From the IMG/VR virus record IMGVR_UViG_3300030380_002089, positions 1-53,028 of that record: DNA of 53,028 nucleotides. One strand, written 5' to 3'. This DNA comes from a virus. Its lineage: Duplodnaviria > Caudoviricetes. How positions within the stretch are numbered: the first letter of the stretch is position 1; the number at the start of each line of letters is the position of its first letter. This document shows, in pieces, positions 44,981 to 53,028 of the stretch. The notes under the pieces were generated by a model that was not told the DNA's origin, did not search any database, and saw nothing but the letters and a program-made list of their open reading frames with translations. Both the position numbers and the translations under genes were made by a program.

Positions 44981-47900
44981 ATGAGTTTGTTAATAGATGC
45001 TGGATATGGAGTCAAATTCAACGGTATCAGCGACAGCATACTAGTGCCTACAAACAATGTCGACATACATGGTAATCAGACAAAAGAAAGAAAAAGATTA
45101 CCAAATGCAATGAGTTCATTTACATTAGAAACATGGTTTATACCTGACTCTGGCGGTACAGTATTTGAACAAGAAAATGTTATGCGCTTAAGTGTAGGCT
45201 CTCCAAGTAGCCCTGCACCTGCTTCTTTTGAAGTACGACTTAGAAATATAGGTAATGGTAGAGATAGTGTATTTACTTTAACAAGCGCCAAGCCCGTCAA
45301 TAAAGTCAATGGCACTCTTGCATATTGGGATGGTATTCTATTCCCTACATCTAGTTCATTTATAGACTCATCAAACTTAGCATCTGATATAGATAGTAAC
45401 GATGTAAGCGCATTTACTGACGGTAGTCGAGAACTACTCAATGTAACTGTTACATTTGATAGAAAGATATTGAGTATGCATGTAAACGGGGACTTGTTAG
45501 TTCAACAAGTTTTGGAAGAGGAGCATGAACTAGTGCCGCAACAAAGTCAAATGTTTTTGGGAGGAAGAGGTGGTGATTTCAGAGGAACATTGGAAACCAT
45601 ACATTTGTCTTCTGGTGCGCTTGCATCAGGTAGACAACAATTTGCTCCTATGAAAAGTGACAATACGATAGGACTATGGAGGTTTGAAGAACCTATAGAG
45701 CCTATTTCTTTAATCACTACCACTCCTTCTATTAGCGCTTCTACGGCAGCAAGTTCAAGTGTAAACATAGGTGCGACTGCTGCACAGACTTTGTTAGATA
45801 CACTTAGTGGACAGAGTGGACTTACCTCTCTTGATTTAACAGCCAGTCCTTATAGTGCAGGTGATTATAAGATAAAGGCTTACAACGCTTCTACTGGAGT
45901 TCCTACTGAAAGAACTATCCCTAAAGTACCTTACAACATCATAGTCAATCCTTTAGGTTATAATGTCAACACAGGTAAGCCAACCAACAAAGCGCCTGAG
46001 AGATTGAGATTAACTGCAATTGACGCTAGTGCGGGTACAATCACTGTCGAATCTATACATTTAGATTTTGTAAGCAATGCTACTAATGGGAGGAGAGGAG
46101 CGTTAATGGCGCACGATGCTGGTCGATTTGTTGTAGTAACAGGCGACTGCTTAGTAGACAGTGGTAATGGCAATAAGTATCAGCCACAGGGAAGTGGTAC
46201 TCAGTTTTCTCAAAGGCAAGGACAGGTTATAATTGACGAAAGTGATTTTGAAAACCACGGTATAATGTTTTCATTGAGTATGGCTATTGACTCACACGAA
46301 TACAATCAATTCTCTGCTAGTAGCGTTAACATGGGCAATCCTTTCTTAATCGGGCACAGCGGTAGACATACACTAAATCATGTTACTAGTCACCCATTTA
46401 TGGGTAACTTACCCCCTACAGAATCGCATTTAGTCGAAAAGAAATTAGACGCAGGTAGTGATGTAATCACTGCTACCTTTGTATCTCAGTTTGGAAGTGT
46501 GAAGGATATTATACCAGTAAATTCAGTTATATCTAGTTTTGATGAACATGGCCCTATGCCTGTGAAAAATATAGTTTCTTCTAGCGTAGTTTCAACATTT
46601 GTTGAAAACGGCATGGCAGACATAGACGATACCCAAAGGGGCTTACTTGCTCTAGGTGGTACTAACTTTGACACAGAACCTTTCCTCCTCAAATCTATAT
46701 CTTCTACAGATAGTAATTCAGATGTAAAAGCATTGTCTCCTTCTACACAAAGCAGAGTTGCTATTTTGTCTTTACCAGAACTAGAGACCTACGACTACGC
46801 CCCTTTTGTTCAAATTCACTATAATGCGGTTGACAGAACTGGTAATCATTTCAATGTAGGCGCTACTTCTAGGCTAACCGCTGGGATTTCTACAGCGACT
46901 ATAACTCTTCAAAGTATCAAGTCATTCGGTGTCGATGGGCAAGTCATACCTGCACACAGAATATCAATAGGTGGATTCAAGCCATTTACTAGTGTAACTA
47001 ACCAAACTGCAAAAATCAATCATTCTGCTAAGACCATTGTATTTTCAGCCACCCCGAACAATAGTAATTTCAACAACGCAGCAGTTACAAGCGCTATTGT
47101 AAAAATGTCAGACAATTCACCTAAGATACTAATTGAAAAGACTTTACCCAATGTAAATCAAGAATTAAGTTCTGGTTATCAAATTATAGATTTGATAAGA
47201 GATTCAATGGCAATGAGACCACTTGGTTTAGTAGCACCCGGTGGTATAGTCACATTTGACAATCCTGATTTGTTTCAATTCGATGATGGGCAGTTAGAAG
47301 GCGAAGATGCCGAAGGTACAATATCCGAGGATAATTTAGACTTTACTTTATGTCCTGATAATCATTTACCAACCGTTAGTACTGATTCTCCACAGGTCAC
47401 TCCAAAGGCTATAGGTATAGCACAGACAGAGTTAGCCACTAGGTCTTCTATATTCCACAGAGTATTAGTTAAAAGTAATTTAGTTAGTTCAAAAGACTTT
47501 TCAGAAGTTGCTGGTATCAAATTCAGAAACCCAAGTAACGGTAGACGCACATCTACTGGGTTGAAAATTAACAATGGTGCAGGGTATTCTGCATCTACTT
47601 CAAGCGCTATGAATGTAGATGGAGGAACTGCTAATCAAATAGTGGCAGTTAACGATATTGTGTTTAAATTAGATGGTAAGCAATTAGGTACAGTCACTGC
47701 TGTCAGTGGTAGTAGTATTACAATTGGTGGAGGTACAACTGTCGCTGTTGTAGACGATGATGAATTATTCCTTGAGCCTCAAGTTATTGGTAGGGGTAGC
47801 GCTAATCATAGCACATGCGTACACGAATATTTTGATATTATAGAACACAAGTCGAGAAACAATGTAACTAGTTTAGTAATGCATCCAAGTGACAGAAATA

Positions 47901-50900
47901 GATTTGCTCAACTAGGTAAAATGATGATTGATAAAAATAGTGGTAACTATATTGGCATCAAGCATCTTTTGTCAAAGGGTAGGGTTTTGTCATTTGGGGA
48001 TGATGCAGATGGTAACACTGTTCTCAGAGCACATGGCTTGATTAGTGATATAGCGTCTTCTACTGTGAATGTAAAAGGTTCAGCAAGTCCAGATTCTCAC
48101 ATTGTCAAAGAAATTATGCCCGGAGCGCCTGTTGTAACAATGACTCTTGGAGGAATGGGCCAAGGTGCTATCAATACAAAAGAAACATACGACCCAAGTC
48201 CACTAAGTAGATTGGCTTGGAACACTAGAAGGAATTGTCAAGTTTCTGTTGGTACTATAATAACAGGTGGTAAGGCTCGCTTATTTGTTACCCCGCTTAA
48301 CAACAAATCTACCGATTTACAATCATGGGGTACATATTGTTTTCCTTCGGCAGGTACTTTGTACTTAGAAAGAAAATCTGGTGACGATATTCAATATGCT
48401 AGTTTAACATATACAGGCAAATCCGGCTCCGCTTTTGTTCCTCCATTATCTACAGGGCATACAGGAACGGGTGTACTGATTGGGTTTGATGGGCAAGAGT
48501 TAGATTCTTTTTCAGACTGGGTAACTGCGACTGGTATATCTGCCGGAGATGTGATTCACTTAGATGATAAATTTTCAGAAGAGGGTATCTGTAATGACGG
48601 TACTACCATTAATGATAGGTTATTTCAAACGCTCGATACTGTTCAACATGATTATCAATTAGGAACTCAGTATGCTAGTACGAGAGCATTGGTCGAAATA
48701 CCTCTGTTTGAAGATTTCTTCTTTGATAATCCAGAAAAGGGAATATTCCCCGGACCTGATAACAGCATGAAACTACACATAGACGCTACTCACACTGCTC
48801 ATTCTTGGAACCCTAACCCAGTAGGGAGAAGATTTGAAAGTATTTCTCCAGAAGACCCCGAAGTATTTGGACCATTTTCTTACGGAATTAACAACAAAAC
48901 GCATGTAACAGGTACTAAATTAGTAAGACCTTACGATGTTAGCAACAATAAGTTGTATGTAGCCGATGCAAATGTATTTCCTATATCTAGTGCTGCACCA
49001 ATAAGGGTTGCTGGATTAGACGGAAGCGCTCGATACCGTAGAGTATATCTTGCTACAGGAGAATGGGCTATATATGTCACTAGAGATACTACAGACCACT
49101 TTTTAACATTAGCAGGTTCTGCTGGAGATGATTGGATAGCAAGTGCGAATTTCTTTAGAGACTTGAAAGTAGGCGCTCATCTTTTCTCAGCGCCCGGCTA
49201 CCAAGATATGAATTACACAGGAATTGCTGACAATCCAGATGTTATTAGCACAGGTTATGAAAATCGTCGTTCTTTTTACTATGATAAATCCAATGTAATG
49301 ACCCAAGGTGGGAATGTTGATTACGGACTAAGGCAATATGTAAGTGCAGTTGAGTTAAAGGCTGGTCCTAGAACAAATCCTCATTTACCTAGAATAGAAA
49401 CTAAAACTGCTAAAGCGGTTGTAGATGTATCGACTGCGGGTGCTATTGCATCTATGACAGTGGTCGCAGGTGGTAGTGGATATAGTGCTACTGCTGGTGT
49501 AGAAATAGGAAGTAAGCATGAACTGACTTCGGGCAATGAAGCCAACTTTGATTTTGGAGTAAGTGGGGGCGCTATAAATTCAGTTACTATCAATAGTGGA
49601 GGTTTGAATTTTAGAATAGGTGATAGGCATAACATTACTACTGGAGGAGGTAGTAATGGTGTATTAGCAGTTGCTACATTAGCAGCAGTTTCCTCTTTGA
49701 CAATAAAAGACGCTACTAATTGGCCTGTTCAAAGTATTCATGGTGGGTATAAATTTAGAGTAGGTTGGTATGACGAAGACGGTGTTTTACAAACTGCTTT
49801 CTTTACAAGAAGCGGTACTCAATTAAATCTTAGTGGACAGTCTAGTAATTTTCAACCACCTTCTGGTGCTGAAATATTTGTTGTAGATTTACATGTAGAT
49901 GGGACCGGAGTTTCATTCCCTACTACCAAAGAAGCCTTCCTAAATACTTCTTGGGCGCACCCTTATGCACCCGGTGGTATGCGTAATGGAGATACTGTTT
50001 GGATGAACATGCACTATACTAATCCTCACGCTATAGAGGGTCTGTTTTGTAAAAGTCGAGGCACACTTAACGAAAGACAAGTTTGGTCCGGTTTCAATGG
50101 CGGGCGAGGTAGTATGGACTTTAACCCAAGAGACAGCATACCTTTGGAAAACTTTTTGATTGGGAATACTTGTATAGAAACTGCTCAAAACTTAGTTCAG
50201 CACATTAACAAAACCATAGAACTAAATTACAAAGCGTTAGGATTTTCAGATTCGCATTCAGCGCCAGTAGTTGCTTACTTAGACCCTTATCAGTCTACAG
50301 AGGATTTTACTAGAATATTACTTTATGATTTGAAACATGATAGAGAATTTATTGCTTTTCAGGATTTATGGATGCAGGTTCAGTCTAGTCCAGACGCTGC
50401 TAAAATAGGTAACGAAACTGCAACTGGTTCAATAGTAGATGGTACTGCTGGGAGTGGTTCTGGACTTGATGTAGCAAATGGTTTTCCTTCTGAAAATAAA
50501 AACCTAAATACAACAACTAAATCTGATTTTATTGAATCTAGTTATTCCCACTCATCTACTTGGAATCAAAGTGCAAGTGATGCAATATCCGAACACAATG
50601 TAGGTAACGCTGATTTTATATCGAGAACAGGTCATACCCTTAGAACTAATCATGCAGTGATAGATGGAGGCTCAGCAAATACCGACCACAAATCTATATA
50701 TGCTCAAAGGTCTACTGATGAAATATCTACTTTCTTTGATACTCCTGATGGTACAAGAGCAATACCTGCATTTTTGGCACTGAAAGGAATAAGGAGTGAG
50801 CCTTTTGATACAACTTTACCTACCGACTTTACTGACAAAAGAAACCATTGGAAGCAAATGGACTTTGTAAGAAGACTCACTGTTGACTTAGGAGAGGTGT

Positions 50901-53028
50901 CGTTAAAAGATGGAGTCACGGATATAGAGGCTGCTGCGAGAGAAGTCATTAGGCTCATTAACCAAGCGGGCGCTAAGAATGGAAGGACACATGCTAGAAG
51001 ACCAAACGACCAATTTTTAGGCGAAAGTGAAAAGTTCGACCTGTCTAGCCCCGGTCCTAAAGGTAGCGACTATAGTGGTGTATTAGACCCAGCAGCCACT
51101 CATCAAAGAGCAGACTTTGCAGCAACTGCTTCTACGCACGACCCTGCGCCATTTTGGGACACAAAACAGGCTTTTTCTAGCCATGACAGAGGAAGCCACA
51201 TGGGTTATGTAAGAGCACATTTAGGTAGAGTCGTATTAGATTCTGACGGAAACAAAGGATATTCTATCGTAATTCATTCAACAGTGCCCGGTGCTGGTGG
51301 TAGAAATTTCTGTACATGGCTAGACAATAGTAAATCTCAATCTGTTTACAAACCAGAATATCTGATAGGACACGGTGGTAGATTCAGAAACTATTGGTGT
51401 CAGCCTGACGAAATGAGTGGAGAAAACATGCACCCTGCTCCTATGCCTATCAACAGATTCGGTAGACCATTTGCTCCAATTACCACTCTCAAAGAATATC
51501 TACCATCAGAATTTGTAACTGATGAAACTATCAATAATCTGAATTTGGGAGCAGCGGTAGAAGGAGGGGCTGACGCAGTATCTAACTTTAATACAGAAAC
51601 TGTTTCTGGAAGAGATACTAACACTTTGATTAATGAGTCATTTGAAGTTAAAAGTCATAACGGAGTTTTGGTAGAAGGATTACAAGTAGGTACTAAAGCA
51701 CAGGCTAGGATTAACTTTGGTGGTATGACTCAAGCAGGTATACCGGGCTGGTGTCCAGAGGCTGGTAAATGGGGATTCGGAAGAGATAACCTAAACGATA
51801 GATACAAATCTGTATATGGTAATCCTTCAAATGTAACTACTGCTATGGTCGGCACTATAGTTGAAAAAGCATCTGGTGGAGATGGATATGTACCTGCGAA
51901 TGATATGGAAAATAAAAACATAGGTAACTCTCCTTTGTACGGTATAAAGTTTGTAGACCACAGAGGCGGAGAACACACTGTTAGATTGGTCTATAGGCAG
52001 TTCGGTCATGCTTTTACTAATGACTTAACGAATATACCTTCAAGTCTTGATGATGAAATAATTATACATTTCGATGATAGAGATGTAGCGCAGGGAGGAT
52101 TTACTATAGGTAATCACATGGTAGGCTCTGGAGAAGTATGCGGAGAGTTGACAGGTGGGACTTTGAAGCCTTACAAAGGTAACCTATGGAATACTTATCC
52201 AAGTCCAATAGTAGGTATAGACGCAACTACAACTTTGTCTGGAACTACTATGACAGTTGCTTTAGAAGACCCATATGATAATAGCGTGGCAGTAATGCAA
52301 AGTCACCCTGATATTCTTGGTTATCTTGGTTTTCCAGAAAGCGGTATGTTTCAATTATCTAAATCTAGCGGTGTACAAGGTTTAACTTTTCACTATACTA
52401 GTAGAACTCATAATTCAGTAAGTGGTACTCACAAATTTTTCGGAGTGGTTGGAGGAAAAACCTCTCACAGTAACGGTGATTATTTTATTAGCCCTAGAAT
52501 TAATTGGACTTGTTTACTCACTGACGAGGTAGTAGCGGCGGCGGTAGAATATGCTATGAAATTAGGAGATGCTGAACAGGATGATGTAGACGCTACTAGT
52601 TTTGATTGTACGGAAATGCTTGCATCAGACGGAAGAACATTTGGACATTGGGGTGTAAGTCCAACTGCAATCAGAGTAAAGGTAAGAAGTAAAACATCTG
52701 TTCCATTAAGTAAATTATTTGAAGTAAGTCGTGAAAAAGATTGGGGTTTGCTTGACGGTGCATCATCAGACGCTGCTGTAAGTAATCATCATACAGGTGG
52801 TCTAACTGTTTCAGAGATTAACAACAACACTAGGTTAGATATAGGTTACATTCCTAGAACGGTACTGCATATTACCACTAAGTATAGAGGAACTAATGCC
52901 AATACCGCCACTCCTGTTTTAGTCGACGGTCAAAATAATATAATCGATGTTTCAACATGGCAGAGAAATCTGCGTGGCGAAAACTTTACTGATGTAGCGG
53001 GCGACCATATATTACCAAGAATAGATGC
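44981..53028 (+). CDS. Giant tail/adhesin-like protein (>2,680 aa, truncated by the window end); N-terminal LamG-like domain
   Basis: ATG 44981 gives MSLLIDAGYGVKFNG...FTLETWF...MHVNG...FLGG.GG.FRG. The frame was spot-checked open at several points and at the window end (..VAGDHILPRID). The track shows no + ORF here, as expected if no stop codon is reached. Confidence 0.8.
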   Translation, partial: MSLLIDAGYGVKFNGISDSILVPTNNVDIHGNQTKERKRLPNAMSSFTLETWFIPDSGGTVFEQENVMRLSVGSPSSPAPASFEVRLRNIGNGRDSVFTLTSAKPVNKVNGTLAYWDGILFPTSSSFIDSSNLASDIDSNDVSAFTDGSRELLNVTVTFDRKILSMHVNGDLLVQQVLEEEHELVPQQSQMFLGGRGGDFRGTLETIHLSSGALASGRQQFAPMKSDNTIGLWRFEEPIEPISLITTTPSISASTAASSSVNIGATAAQTLLDTLSGQSGLTSLDLTASPYSAGDYKIKAYNASTGVPTERTIPKVPYNIIVNPLGYNVNTGKPTNKAPERLRLTAIDASAGTITVESIHLDFVSNATNGRRGALMAHDAGRFVVVTGDCLVDSGNGNKYQPQGSGTQFSQRQGQVIIDESDFENHGIMFSLSMAIDSHEYNQFSASSVNMGNPFLIGHSGRHTLNHVTSHPFMGNLPPTESHLVEKKLDAGSDVITATFVSQFGSVKDIIPVNSVISSFDEHGPMPVKNIVSSSVVSTFVENGMADIDDTQRGLLALGGTNFDTEPFLLKSISSTDSNSDVKALSPSTQSRVAILSLPELETYDYAPFVQIHYNAVDRTGNHFNVGATSRLTAGISTATITLQSIKSFGVDGQVIPAHRISIGGFKPFTSVTNQTAKINHSAKTIVFSATPNNSNFNNAAVTSAIVKMSDNSPKILIEKTLPNVNQELSSGYQIIDLIRDSMAMRPLGLVAPGGIVTFDNPDLFQFDDGQLEGEDAEGTISEDNLDFTLCPDNHLPTVSTDSPQVTPKAIGIAQTELATRSSIFHRVLVKSNLVSSKDFSEVAGIKFRNPSNGRRTSTGLKINNGAGYSASTSSAMNVDGGTANQIVAVNDIVFKLDGKQLGTVTAVSGSSITIGGGTTVAVVDDDELFLEPQVIGRGSANHSTCVHEYFDIIEHKSRNNVTSLVMHPSDRNRFAQLGKMMIDKNSGNYIGIKHLLSKGRVLSFGDDADGNTVLRAHGLISDIASSTVNVKGSASPDSHIVKEIMPGAPVVTMTLGGMGQGAINTKETYDPSPLSRLAWNTRRNCQVSVGTIITGGKARLFVTPLNNKSTDLQSWGTYCFPSAGTLYLERKSGDDIQYASLTYTGKSGSAFVPPLSTGHTGTGVLIGFDGQELDSFSDWVTATGISAGDVIHLDDKFSEEGICNDGTTINDRLFQTLDTVQHDYQLGTQYASTRALVEIPLFEDFFFDNPEKGIFPGPDNSMKLHIDATHTAHSWNPNPVGRRFESISPEDPEVFGPFSYGINNKTHVTGTKLVRPYDVSNNKLYVADANVFPISSAAPIRVAGLDGSARYRRVYLATGEWAIYVTRDTTDHFLTLAGSAGDDWIASANFFRDLKVGAHLFSAPGYQDMNYTGIADNPDVISTGYENRRSFYYDKSNVMTQGGNVDYGLRQYVSAVELKAGPRTNPHLPRIETKTAKAVVDVSTAGAIASMTVVAGGSGYSATAGVEIGSKHELTSGNEANFDFGVSGGAINSVTINSGGLNFRIGDRHNITTGGGSNGVLAVATLAAVSSLTIKDATNWPVQSIHGGYKFRVGWYDEDGVLQTAFFTRSGTQLNLSGQSSNFQPPSGAEIFVVDLHVDGTGVSFPTTKEAFLNTSWAHPYAPGGMRNGDTVWMNMHYTNPHAIEGLFCKSRGTLNERQVWSGFNGGRGSMDFNPRDSIPLENFLIGNTCIETAQNLVQHINKTIELNYKALGFSDSHSAPVVAYLDPYQSTEDFTRILLYDLKHDREFIAFQDLWMQVQSSPDAAKIGNETATGSIVDGTAGSGSGLDVANGFPSENKNLNTTTKSDFIESSYSHSSTWNQSASDAISEHNVGNADFISRTGHTLRTNHAVIDGGSANTDHKSIYAQRSTDEISTFFDTPDGTRAIPAFLALKGIRSEPFDTTLPTDFTDKRNHWKQMDFVRRLTVDLGEVSLKDGVTDIEAAAREVIRLINQAGAKNGRTHARRPNDQFLGESEKFDLSSPGPKGSDYSGVLDPAATHQRADFAATASTHDPAPFWDTKQAFSSHDRGSHMGYVRAHLGRVVLDSDGNKGYSIVIHSTVPGAGGRNFCTWLDNSKSQSVYKPEYLIGHGGRFRNYWCQPDEMSGENMHPAPMPINRFGRPFAPITTLKEYLPSEFVTDETINNLNLGAAVEGGADAVSNFNTETVSGRDTNTLINESFEVKSHNGVLVEGLQVGTKAQARINFGGMTQAGIPGWCPEAGKWGFGRDNLNDRYKSVYGNPSNVTTAMVGTIVEKASGGDGYVPANDMENKNIGNSPLYGIKFVDHRGGEHTVRLVYRQFGHAFTNDLTNIPSSLDDEIIIHFDDRDVAQGGFTIGNHMVGSGEVCGELTGGTLKPYKGNLWNTYPSPIVGIDATTTLSGTTMTVALEDPYDNSVAVMQSHPDILGYLGFPESGMFQLSKSSGVQGLTFHYTSRTHNSVSGTHKFFGVVGGKTSHSNGDYFISPRINWTCLLTDEVVAAAVEYAMKLGDAEQDDVDATSFDCTEMLASDGRTFGHWGVSPTAIRVKVRSKTSVPLSKLFEVSREKDWGLLDGASSDAAVSNHHTGGLTVSEINNNTRLDIGYIPRTVLHITTKYRGTNANTATPVLVDGQNNIIDVSTWQRNLRGENFTDVAGDHILPRID

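Noticed and set aside
45076-52009. Numerous minus-strand ORFs of 60-121 aa (and similar ones throughout the window)
   Set aside because: They are antisense shadows of long + strand genes, with no SD/promoter context or recognisable motifs.
1-53028. Replication genes, integrase, reverse transcriptase/DGR, tail sheath, rRNA/tRNA
   Set aside because: No supporting motifs were seen. Replication genes probably lie outside this window.

Overview
The window is the morphogenesis half of a tailed dsDNA virus (Caudoviricetes), read almost entirely on the + strand. Archaeal-type signals (GGTGA/GGAGG Shine-Dalgarno sites, and T-rich TATA-like boxes about 28-31 nt before start codons) point to an archaeal host. 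From recollection, not from a search, it resembles the Marine Group II/Poseidoniales viruses ('magroviruses'). Gene order: (1) a non-coding left end with six AGTTTAGAC repeats and a 16-bp palindrome; (2) a ~9 kb accessory block of unrelated proteins, including an HMG-CoA-lyase-like enzyme; (3) a membrane-protein plus Arf/Rab-like small-GTPase module; (4) a candidate small terminase, large terminase, LAGLIDADG-domain protein and portal; (5) a 1,860-aa protein with a degenerate ATP-dependent DNA-ligase domain; (6) prohead protease/scaffold and major capsid protein; (7) a paralogous array of small virion proteins; (8) neck, tail tube, chaperones, a very short tape-measure-like protein, two paralogous tail-tip proteins and a >2,680-aa tail protein that runs off the window. 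The most striking signal is a shared peptide tag, roughly M-x-[AP]-[FMI]-[DE]-x-A-W-x-[LI]-L-K, found 13 times in 11 otherwise unrelated proteins. It ends in a hydrophobic-x-K site that also recurs in the capsid, scaffold and other head-region proteins. I interpret it as a capsid-targeting and protease-maturation signal for a modular cargo set, analogous to the phage T4 internal-protein CTS. Two structured non-coding elements are also visible, one complementary to the ribosome-binding site of the GTPase/membrane module. All functional calls come from reading motifs by eye; no database searches were run.
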